A stretch of 64,000 nucleotides of DNA, taken from the NCBI RefSeq assembly GCF_030028105.1, contig NC_092373.1:89095288-89159287 (forward strand), given 5' to 3'. Under the pieces are notes generated by a model. That model saw only the letters and a list, made by a program, of their open reading frames with translations. It was not told where the DNA came from and ran no database searches. Below, one piece after another: positions 37,053 through 47,782 of the stretch. The stretch is from Mobula birostris. Its lineage: Eukaryota. Each line of letters starts with the position of its first letter. Position 1 is the stretch's first letter. Both the position numbers and the translations under genes were made by a program.

Positions 37053-37974
37053 GACAGAGCATATACATGTGCAAATGCTAACATGAGGTAACTTTTATTT
37101 CATTGCTCTGTGTTTGATGCCCACTGGCAATGTCTCTGGAGTTGGTGAAGCAAAACTTTGTGGGGGCACTGTTCCTGTCCGCTTGGTGCCCAGTAGTCGC
37201 AGAGCTAAGAACTCGCTCCCTGCTGTTGCTGAGTTGGCTGAGAAGAGAGTCACATTTTCTGAGACTGGATGGGAACAGAGAAATGACCAGGATTTCTGCT
37301 CCCATCTGATTGTGAAGGTGTTGGCCATTTGACCCTGTTGGGCATCACAGATAAAAGTAGTCCTTCTGCTACCCAGTGTCTGATTGGCACTTTGCATCAG
37401 GGTTACTCATTATTGACCCTTATTGACTCTTTCCTATCCTATCCTAAGCAAGGGGAAGTTAATACCAGTTGTAGTGTCCATACCAATTCCATTGATGTGA
37501 CAAGACAGAAGGGATGAATTAAACAGCTCCTGCTTCTCTGTGGCTCATTGCATGTCTGGACATTATTTGACAAGTAAACCATTTACCCACAAGGTATATT
37601 TTATCATAAGTGTCCCTTTAATGCCTGAAAAAAAGAACAGGAGTGTTCTGGGAGACGGTGGATGATATGATCCAAGCAAGTATTTCAAAACATCAATATT
37701 GAACAGACAGGGCTGGCTGTCCCACACTGTCATATTGCAAAATTATTACCCCTCCGTGGACTCGGAAAACAGTCAACATAATCAAAGACAACTCTCATCA
37801 GTCAGTAGATACAAAAGCCTGAAAGCACATACCACCAGGTTCAAGCACAGCTTCTATCCTGCTGTCTTGTACAGTAAAATGGATTCTTGATCTCATAATT
37901 TACCTCTTCATGGTGTTATCTGCCTGCATTTTCTCTGCAATGATGACACTAGATTCTCTGTTCTGTTATTGCTC

Positions 37975-38290
37975 CTCCCTGGCACTATCTGCCTCTCACT
38001 TCCCCCCCCCGGTCCCCTCCTCCTTCCCTTTCTCCTATGGTCTACCCTCCTCTCCGATCAGATTCCTTCTTCTCCAGCTCTTGACCTTTTCCACCCACCT
38101 GGCTTCACCTATTACCTTCCAGCTAGCCTCCTTCTCCTCACCCCCACCTCCCCCCCACCTTTTTATTCTGGCATCTTCCCCCTTTTCAGTCCTGAAGAAA
38201 GATCTTGGCCCAAAATGTCGACTGTTTATTCATTTTTATAGATACTGCCTGACCTGCTGAGTTCCTCCAGTATTTTATGCGTGTTGCAAT
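37975..38290 (+). mobile_element. Penelope-like element 3' terminus
   Basis: Pyrimidine-rich body, hammerhead-like box and GATACTGCCTGACCTGCTGAGTTCCTCCAG terminus, homologous to the GIY-YIG-bearing copy at 62500-63245. Confidence 0.8.
38187..38224 (+). ncRNA. Decayed minimal type I hammerhead ribozyme motif (Penelope-derived)
   Basis: CAGTC-CTGAAGA-...-AAAA-TG-TC-GACTG: stem I perfect, GUC triplet kept, GAAA box mutated. Confidence 0.55.
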
Positions 38291-38387
38291 AAATTTCAGA
38301 CTCCACAATTCTTCTGGGTGAGAGTATGTTTACCAATACTAATTTCTCTGTGATAGTGCCTATTCAAGCAGGTTTGTATCCATACAG

Positions 38388-38394
38388 GACTAAC
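38388..38394 (+). promoter_or_regulatory. Candidate branch point (GACTAAC) for the exon 8 acceptor
   Basis: Near-perfect match to TACTAAC, with the branch A 29 nt upstream of the acceptor G. Confidence 0.6.
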
Positions 38395-38422
38395 GCCTAA
38401 TAACTCTGATCACACACGACAG

Positions 38423-38598
38423 GTACCTCCCAGAGGTCATGGCAGATGGACTGGCCAATCAGATTAATAACCCAGAGGTGGAGGTTGACATCACGAAACC
38501 AGACATGACTATTCGCCAGCAGATCATGCAGTTGCGGATAATGACCAATCGTCTGCGGAATGCCTACAATGGCAACGATGTGGACTTCCAGGATACCA
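38423..38598 (+). CDS. GPC1: Glypican-1, internal exon (exon 8 equivalent), 176 nt
   Basis: cacacacgacag|...|gtgagt; (R)[58 protein letters not shown](S), near-identical to the GPC1 signature segment. Confidence 0.98.
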
Positions 38599-38736
38599 GT
38601 GAGTACCCCAACCCACTGTAACTTTACTGATGTTTGATCCTGATGCTTGCATTGACATGAAACATTGTTACCCGTTTTTAATGCAAAAGTTGTGCACACA
38701 AAAGCCTTTGTTCTCCCATTTCCAAATCCGAAACAA

Positions 38737-38915
38737 GAACAGAAAATGCTGGAAAAAAGCAGCAAGTCAGGCAGCATCTGTGGAGAGAAAAATTGTCCAT
38801 GTTTCGGGTCTACACCACTGTTCTGATCATTGGTCCTGAACGTGAAATGATGACTTCTCCTTTCACAGATGCTCCTTGACCTGCTGAGTTTTTTTCAGTA
38901 TTTTGTTATTGTTCC
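38737..38915. repeat. Palindromic element of inverted Penelope-like termini
   Basis: AAAATGCTGG..CAGCAAGTCAGGCAGCATCTGTGGAGAG / CTTTCACAGATGCTCCTTGACCTGCTGAG..CAGTATTTT. Confidence 0.7.
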
Positions 38916-40304
38916 TGACTTATTGCATATTTCTCCCAGTGGTAGTTGTGGCCTTTTGATCCAGTTATCTGTTAATGCATCTTCTGTTGATTATCTTCTG
39001 ATAGGGTGGTGGCACGCCCAGCTGCTGTGGCCACCTGGGGTCCAATCAAAGGAATATCTGTTCATATCGTAAGTCTTTTTTACAATCACAAGTCACTGCT
39101 GGATACTAAAAACATGGAGCACTGCAGGACTTTCCCATCAGCGAGTCGCTTGATAGCGATGGAGATGGACTTGTTGTGTACCATTCTGCCAAGAGGGTGC
39201 ACGATTCAACAGAGCGAATGATTATCTTGGACCTTTTTAATTGGGATCACAAGACCCTGATGGACATTGGTAATGTAGAATTCTGCAAGTCCATTCATTG
39301 GTGAGGCCGATGCTGGGGGAGCTGCATGGCCTTGGTTGTGGCGAGGACTAGGCCTCGGCCACAGGGTCGCTTTGGGCGCAGCTGCCGAAGTCGGTCTGCT
39401 GGGTGAGCTGAGGTTATGCTGGGTTGGGGGGCTGGCTCCTCCCATCAGTTCCCCCCCAGTGTACGCTTGGTGCTGCCCTCCAGTGTTTGCTCAGTGGAAG
39501 ACCAAGCAGGACCAGGACAATCTATAATCAGCAACTCAAGGATTTAGAACATAGAACATAGAACAGTACAGCACAGTGCAGGCCCTTCAGCCCACAATGT
39601 TGTGCCGACCCTTAAACCCTGCCTCCCATATAAATCCCCATCTTAAATTCCTCCATATACCTGTCTAGTAGTCTCTTAAATTTCACTAGTAAGGAAATAT
39701 TGTAGGCTTGTGTGTGGAAGAAATAAAGGGGAAATTATGTATATTATAAATAAAGAGGTTAATGAAACATTACAAGCCATATTACTATTTATTGTGATCT
39801 TAAATTATATTCAAGCCTCCACTGAGGATGATTTGGAAGTTTTTGTCAACACCGTCAAACCTTGAGCTATATTTTTTTGTTACACTATAATTTTCTGAAA
39901 TCATAACCATCTGTGCTATTTTTCAGTGTGTTGTGTGCTATTGGTAATGAGTTTTGCACTTTGGCCCCAGAGGAATTCTGTTTTGTTTGGCTATACTCAT
40001 GTACAGTTGAATGATAATTCAACCTGAACGTGAACTTGAAACTTGTTAATGACATTGATATCACAGGGTAACGAACTGGGTATTATTGCAACAGAACATG
40101 CCCAGTTCTATTTCCCTCAACAGAAAACAGGAACAAAGCTATCCTTCCCTCTTGATTTTTATCTCTCCTCCTTCATTCCTCCCACTTCCCATTTTGTAGC
40201 CCCTATACCCCATTCCCTGTTTGCCCTCATCTACGTGGCAGCCACACAGTTAACCAGTGGATATAGGGTGAATGAAATGCTAGTTGCAAGCTCAGGCTCT
40301 GCCT

Positions 40305-40385
40305 CAGGGGTTCCCAATCTGGGGTCCATGGACTCCGCAGTTAATGGTAGGAGTCCATGACATAAAAAGTACTGGGGATGCCCAC
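40305..40385. mobile_element. Short hAT-like MITE remnant
   Basis: Starts CAGGGGTTCCCAATCTGGGGTCCATGG; right end degraded. Confidence 0.5.
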
Positions 40386-40589
40386 CTAGCTGCTGTCTCT
40401 GAATGCTGAAGTTGGCTTCTAGTGTTTCTAACTGGGAGAAAACTACAATCGTGGTTTCTTTAAAGCAAGGATATGGTGTTTTTTTTTAGTGACACCCAAT
40501 TCAGTACTTTGGCAAAACGTGGCACAATTCTAACTTACCACATGTAGCCAAGGTCATCTTTCTGGGCTAAAGAAGTTTATTCAGTTGCT

Positions 40590-40850
40590 TGATCTTTCTC
40601 AAGCTCCAGGTGTTTGTCTTCCTTCTTCAATCTTCTCTTTCCTTTTGCTCTCCCCACTGCCCTTGCTCATTTGGTTCATTTCCTCTCTCCTATTCTTCCC
40701 CATTCTCCTCTTTTCTTCCCTTCTCCATTCTCTTCTTTCTTTCTGTCTTTATTTCATTCTCTACTTCACTCTCTCATGTGCTTTTGATTACATTTTCTCC
40801 CCCTTCTGCTTCAAGTGCACTCTTGACATTTGAGAGTTCTTTTCTGAACT
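40590..40850 (+). repeat. Pyrimidine-rich low-complexity tract
   Basis: Directly visible CT-rich sequence; explains the spurious ORFs at 40585 and 40589. Confidence 0.8.
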
Positions 40851-41309
40851 TTAGTATAAATAATGTATGATTATTATGAATCTTTCATTCTGATCCATAC
40901 CCTCAGTAGGAAAGCAACGTATAAGTGGAATTCATAGAATTTTGTTATTTTCATAGTTGAACATCCAGAAAGGTAAAACTCCAATAATGTGGCATGTTTG
41001 GTATGCCAGACTAGCAAATTTAAGATTATTGGATATTATTCTTAATTTACACATCAACAAAATTTGAGTCACTTTTTTTCGTAGATGTTACGTAGTATTT
41101 CAATAACCTGTCCAGTGATCCTTGTAGGTTTAAAGGGAGCATGGGAAAGGAACCCGTCATGAGTTTGAAGGGAGTACGAGTTTCAAGAGAGCACAGGAAA
41201 TGGGGGACTAGACTGTTGAAGCAAGCACAGGACCAGGGCCCTCATTAGTTTGAAGAGAGGGACATGATTTGTTAAAGGATTTAGATGGAAGCAGTACAGA
41301 ACAGAGTGA

Positions 41310-43095
41310 TCTAGCAGAAGGCAACTAAAGAAGCCATGGGGGCGGGGGGAGCAATGAAAATTGAAGGTAAGCTAGCCAACAATATCAAAGAGCATACCGG
41401 GTGATTTTTCAGATATAGAAAAGAGTAAAAGAGTGGTGGGAAATGATGTTGGAGACGTAGTAATAGGGAACAAGGAAATGACGGACGACTGAATAAGTAT
41501 TTTGTATGTGTCTTCACCAGCAGTATGCCGGAAGTTTGAGAGTGGCAGGGACCAGGAGTGTGTGAAGTTGCCATTACTAGGGAGAAGGTGCTTGGGAAAC
41601 TGAAAGGTCTGAAGGTAGATTAGTCACCTGGGCCAGATGGACTACACCCCAGTGCCCTGAAAAAGACTGTGGAGACATTAGTGATTATCTTTCAAGAATT
41701 TCTTGATTCTGGGATGGTTCCAGAGGACTGGAAGATTGAAAATGTCACTCCACTCTTCAGGAAGAGAGGGAGGTAGAAGAAAGGAAACTATAGATCAGTT
41801 AGTCTGAACTCGGTGGCTGGGAAGATGTTTGAGTCGATTGTTAAGGATGAGGTTTCGGGGTACTTGGAGGCCAAATCACCAAGGCTTCCTTCAGGGAAAA
41901 TCTTGTCTGACAAATCTGTTGGAATGCTAATAAGCAGGGTAGACAAAGGAGAATTGGTGGATATTGTCTGCTGGGATTTTTAGAAGGACTTTGACTAGGT
42001 GCCGCACATGAGGCTGCTTAAAAAGATAAGAATCCATGGTATTACAGGAAAGATACTAGCATGGATAGAGCATTGGCTGATTGGCAGGAGGCAAAGAGTG
42101 GGAATAAAGGGAGCCGTTTCTGATAGACTACCAGTGACTGATGCTGTTCCACAGGGGTCGATATTGGGACCGCTTCTTTTTACATTTATGTCAATTATTT
42201 GGATGACAGAATTGATGGCTTTGTGGCCAGGTTTGCAGAGGTGGAGGGACAGGTAGTATTGGGGAAACAGGGAGACTGCAAAAGCATTTAGACAGAAAAG
42301 GACAATGGACAACAAAGTGGCAAATGGAATACATGGCCATGCTCAAGATAGAAAGAATAAAAGCATAGATTATTTTCTAAATAGAAAGAAAATTCAAAAA
42401 TCTGAGGTGCGAAGGGACTCACGAGTCCTCATGCAGGATTCTGTAAAGGTGGTGAGAGAGGCAAATGCAATGTTAGCATTCATTATCAGAAGACCCAAAT
42501 ATAAAAGGAAGGATGTAATGCCAAGGCTTTATAAGGCACTGGCGAGGCCTCACTTGGAAGATTGTGAACAATTTTCAGCTCCGTATTTAAGAAAGTATAT
42601 GCTGATATTGGTGAGGGTTCAAAGGAGTTTCAGGAGAATGATTCTGGGAATGAAAGTCATTGTATGAGGAGTAATTGAGGGGCTGGGCCTTTACTCGCTG
42701 AAATTTAGAAGAATGAGGGGGGATCTAATTGAAACCTATCAAATGTTGAAAGACCTAGATAGAGAGGATGTGGGAGAGGATGTCTCCTGTGGTGAGGAGG
42801 GCACATCCTCAGAGTAGAAGGACATCCATTTAAAATGGAGATGAGGAGGAATTCCTTTAGCCAGAGTGTGGTGAACCTGTGGTACTTGTTGCCACAGGCA
42901 GCTGTGGAGGCCAGATAATTGGATGTATTTAAGGCAGAGATTGATAGATTCTTGATTAGTCAGGGCATGAAAGTTTATGAGAAGAAAGCAGGAGAATGGG
43001 GTTGAGAGGGAAATGGATCAGCCACGATGAAGTGCCAGAGCAGACTCGATGGGCTGAATGGCTTAATTCTGTTCCTATGTCTCATGGTCTTATGA
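41310..43095 (+). mobile_element. Degraded 5'-truncated CR1 LINE
   Basis: PHMRLLKKIRIHGITGKILAWIEHWLIGRRQRV..VPQGSILGPLLF; LYKALARPHLE; (TCTTATG) tail. Confidence 0.9.
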
Positions 43096-43467
43096 TCAAG
43101 ATAATGAACCATCAGAATTTTATCCTATAACTATATTGTCCTACCGTTGCAAGAAGGTGAACTCCAATAGTTTAATTAATGGTTTGAGTATTACAGAGAA
43201 TGCGTAAGCAAATTACTAAGAGCAAGGAACATAAAGCATCGAAAGAGAATCAGAGAGCACAGAATTAAAGGAATAAAAATAGAATATATATCTTAAACCA
43301 CCACCTCCACAAGATGATAATGCAAAACTTCATTTCAGAATACAATCAGCTCTATTTCAGAAATAAATCTGAGATTTCTTCTAAAGCCCTGCTGTTGATG
43401 TCTGGTTTTACTAGCTGGGATATATTGGGTATGTCAGCACATCCTTCCTACGAACAGGTGACGTCTA

Positions 43468-45770
43468 TTCAAAGTTCAAAGTAAATCTATTATCAAAGTA
43501 CTTCTATGTCACCATATATAATCGTGAGATTGATTTTCTTGCGGGCATGGTCAATAAATCTATAGAATAACAAACATAACAGAATCAATGACAGATCGCC
43601 CAAACTAGGGTGTTCAACCAGTGTGCAGAACACAACTAACTGCAAATACAACAGAAAAAAAACAATAAAATAAATAAATAAGCAATAAATATTGAGAACT
43701 GAGATGAGGAGTCCTTGAAAGTGAGTCCATTGGTTATGGGAACATTTCAGTGATGGGGCAAGTGAAGTCAAGTGAGGTGAAGGGTAAAGCCCTCCCAACC
43801 ATTGAGCACATCGACATAAAACATTGCCGTAGGAAAGCAGCATCCATCATCAAAGACCCTCACCCAGGCCACGCTCTTTTCTCGCTTCTGCTTCAGGTAG
43901 AAAGTACAAGAGCTTCAGGACTCGCAGCACCAGGTTTCTGAACAACTACTGTCCCTCAACCATGAGGCTCTTGGGAAAAGAAGTAGATAACAGCACTCAT
44001 TTAAGGACTGTCTTATCTTGTTATTTCATGCTCATTATTTATTGATATCTGAATTTGCATAGTTTGTTGTCCATTACAGTTACTGTTCTATAGATTTGCT
44101 CAGTACACTACAGAAAAAGAAACTCAGGGTTATATGAGGTGACATGTATGTACTCTGATAACAAATTTTACTTTGAACTTTGAAATTGAGTGAAGTTATC
44201 CCTTTGGTTCAAGACCCTAATGGTTGAAGGGTAGTAAGGCGTTCCCCGTAATGGATATCCTCTACATTTTGCTGAATTTTCTGTTCAAGGGCATTGGTGT
44301 TTCCATACCAGGCTGTGATGCAGCCAGTCAGTACACTCTCCACTACACATCTATATAAGTTGGTCAAAGTTTTAGGTGTCATGCCGAGTCTCCACAGACT
44401 CCTGTGAAGTAGAGGCACTGTCATACTTTCTTCGTAATTGCCCTTATGGACTGGGCCCAGGAAGGGCCCTTCGAAATAGTTACACCAAGGCAGTTAACGT
44501 TCCTACCTTTCTCCATCTCTGATCCTCCAATGAGGACTGGCTCATGGACCTCAGGTTCCCTCCTCCTGAAGTCTATCAGCAGCTCCTTGGTCTTGCTGAC
44601 ATAGAGTAAGAGATGGTTGTCATGGCACCACTCAGCCAGATTTTCAGTCTTCAGCCTAAATATGACAGTGGTGTCATCAGCAGTCTTGAATATGGCATTG
44701 GAGCTGTGCTTAGCCTCACAGTCGTAAGTATAAAGTGAGTAGAACAGGGGACTAAGCACATAGCCTTGTGGTGCACCTTTACTGATGGAGATCGTGGAGG
44801 AGATGTTGTTGCCAATCCAAACTGACTAGGGTCTGCAAGTGATGAAATCCGGGATCCAATTGTACAAGGAGGTATTGAGGCCAAGGTCTTGGAGCTTATT
44901 GATTAGTTTTGAGGGGATGGAAGTTTTGAATCCTGAGCTGTAGTCGATAAAGGGCATCCTGATGTATGTATCTTTGCTGTCCAGATGGTCCAAGGTGAGT
45001 GAAGAGTCAATGAAATGGTATCTGTTGTGGACCTATTGCTCCAGTAGGCAAGTTGGAGCAGATCCAAGTCTCTTCTCAGGCAGGAGTTGATGTGTTACAT
45101 CACCCACCTCTCAAAACCCTTCATCACAGTGGATGTAAGTGATGCTGGGTGATGCTCATTGGGGCAGGTCACCATGCTCTTCGTGGGAACTGGTGTAATT
45201 GCAGTCTGCATGAAGCAGGCGGGTACCTCAGACCGCCATAGCAAGAGGTTAAAGATCTCAGTGAACATTTCAGCCAGTTGATCAGCACAGGTCTGTAGTA
45301 GTTAGCCAGGTATTCTGTCTGGGCCGGATGCTTTTCGTGGGTTCACCACCCGCACATCAGACTGAAACCACAGAACATCGGGGAATGTGGGAGTTCATGA
45401 TAGTTTCTCCATGCTTTGATGGTCAGAGTGAGCATAGAAAGCCTTGAGCTCATCTGGAAGTGAAGCCCTGCTGTTGCATGTTTCACTTGATTTAGTACTC
45501 AAGCCCTGCCTCAACTGTCGAACATTCTTCGTTGATTCAAGTTTGGTCCGAATAGTCACTTCGCCTATGAGATGGCTTTCTGGAGATTGCATCAGGACCT
45601 CTTGTAACCTTTTTTGTCACCAGAGTTGAATGCCTCTGATCTGCCTCTCAGCAGATTGCAGATCTCATGATTCATCAAGGCCTTCTGATTGGAGAACAAA
45701 CACTCTGAATGAATGATTTTGCAGACACATTTATCTACAGCTATTTTAATAAAGTCCATTACAGCCATCG
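43468..45770 (-). mobile_element. Rex1/Babar-type LINE (RT plus 3' end) containing an inverted same-family 3' fragment at ~43780-44185
   Basis: LSPLFYSLYTYDC..KTADDTTVI, SKTKELLIDFRR, YRCVVESVLTGCITAWYGN; plus-strand tail ending TTTGAACTTTGAA at ~44185. Confidence 0.85.
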
Positions 45771-47214
45771 GTATGACAATAAATAACATGATTACAGCTT
45801 CCCTATTTTACATCTCTTCCACTTCCCTATTGTTTGTCTCCTTCCCTATGTTAAATCCCTGTACTTTGAAAGCAAGTTTCACTTGGAGATTGTTTAAGAT
45901 ATAGATTTTTTACATATTCATTTAGTGTGGTGCTCTCTGATTCCCTTTTGTTACTTTGTTCATCGTTCTTCATAATTTCCTTACACATGCTTTGTACTAT
46001 TCAGGCCATGAATAAAACATTATTAACTTTTTTTGTAGCTGTATGATAATATAGAAAAACTTTGAAAACATTATTGAGCTCACTGGGGCCTTGCTTCCTG
46101 CTGTTTCACCATCCTATCTGGAGTTCTGCTGCTGTTGGAAATAAAAATAGAACTGCAGATGGTGGAAATCTAAAACAAAACTCAAAAAGCTGAAAATATT
46201 CAACAGGTCCGGCTCTTTCTGAGGGAACAGAAAGAGAGTCAACATTTCAACAGATCCCTGTTCCTCCTCCCGCTGGTGCAGCCTGAACTACTGAGTATTT
46301 TTGGCATTTTCTGCTTTTGTTTCACTGCTGCCATTGTTTGGGACTCAGAACATACAGTGAAGAGGAGATGCAAGGCTCTGCCCTGTTATACCTCCTTGCT
46401 GATATAATAGAAGAGCTGGAGGAATTCAGGCAGCCAAGAAGCATCCATGGAAAGGAAATCCAGTTTAAATGTTGGAGTGAGTGATCCTTCCTCAGAACTG
46501 GAGGAGAGTGGAGGGTGTCACTTTTCAAGGGTTGTGCAATAGAGAGGTGTAGGACAGTAGACTATGCTCAGTGGCCACTTTATTAGCTGTTAGACCTGCA
46601 CCAGGATTAGAGTAATGGGTTTTTAAATAGTACCAGATCCATATGTTTGTGTTCAAAAAGCAGCGATTTTTGTCACTGATAGTTGGCAAGAAATAAGCAG
46701 TAAGACAATTTAGAAATGTTTTGCTCATCACTGTTTTAAGCATTCAGGCTTGGAGATGTCAGAACCTGCCAGGAAATGAATTAATTTCACTACTTTAAAT
46801 TTACTAGAACTCAGTTTCCTGCACTTCCTTTGAACTCACCATGGTCCTGGTTCCCATGCTCCCTTTAAATCCTCTAAATTTCAGAATAATATAATCGATA
46901 GTGTTCTGCAGTATTAATACTATTTTCATTCAAAAATCCAGCAATTTTCCCAGTTGGCATTACTGTAAGATACTGGAGTTTTGCAAATCAGTCCTCATAC
47001 CAAGCCAAAATCCATGGTCATCATCGCTTATTAAACATCACCTCACCCTTATCATTTTGTCCAAATGCTCCGAAACTTGAGAACGGTCCCCATAAGAAAT
47101 TTGAGGCTTAACCAGGAGGTATGGTTCATGATGGGTTCCAGGGTGTGAATGTGGGGCGCGAAGTTTTGAACAGAATCTGGCAAAGAGTATATTGGAATAG
47201 TTAATTCCAGAGAG

Positions 47215-47515
47215 TATAACTTTGTGGGGTTTTCCTGTGCTATCTGTATGGAACTTGCACATTCTCCCTGTGACCCCATGGGTTTTCTTTATTTTCTGCA
47301 GTTTATTCCCAAATTCTAAGAAGTTCGGAGTGAGTGGTTAATTGGTCACTACAAATTGCCCACAGTGTGTAGGTGAGTGGTGGAATCTGTGGGGAGCTGG
47401 TGAGAATATGGGGAGATTAATAATGGGTTTAATGCAGGATAAGTGTAAATGGGAGTTTGGCGGTCAGCATGGACGCAGTGGGCTGAAGGGCCTGTTTCCA
47501 CACCCTGTGACTCTA
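47215..47515 (+). mobile_element. HE1-like V-SINE ending ~45 nt upstream of the last GPC1 acceptor
   Basis: GGAACTTGCACATTCTCCCTGTGACCCCATGGG ... GGGCTGAAGGGCCTGTTTCC tail. Confidence 0.8.
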
Positions 47516-47561
47516 AAGTATTACCGAGGCCCCCTCACTGTCATCATTTTCTTGCCCACAG

Positions 47562-47782
47562 GTGACGACAGCAGCGGATCTGGAAGTGGCGATGGCTGTT
47601 CAGAGAATAGTTGTGGTCGGAGAAGGTCCTTCAACATGGCGACGAGGTCCCCTGTTGTCTATGCCATCCCGAAACAGAGCGGGAAAACCAAAGGCAGTAA
47701 CGGGAGCGAGGCACTGCGACACTCGGCCGGCTTCCTCTACGTGTTATCTTTGGTCATCACCCTGCAGTATTTCTGTCGGTAG
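47562..47782 (+). CDS. GPC1: Glypican-1, terminal coding exon (exon 9 equivalent): heparan-sulfate attachment SG cluster and GPI-anchor signal
   Basis: cattttcttgcccacag|; (S)DDSSGSGSGDGCSENSCGRRRSFNMATRSPVVYAIPKQSGKTKGSNGSEALRHSAGFLYVLSLVITLQYFCR*: acidic-SGSGSG motif and hydrophobic C-terminus. Confidence 0.96.

Noticed and set aside
37114-37332. ORF beginning ...VSGVGEAKL as GPC1 exon 7
   Set aside because: Only superficial resemblance; the real exon with LP..LC and CWNG and correct phases is at 31016-31149.
40970-43130. Tigger-like MITE interrupted by the CR1 at 41310
   Set aside because: TIR-like words (AAAACTCCAATAAT; ATCAGAATTTTA) are too degraded to define ends or a TSD.
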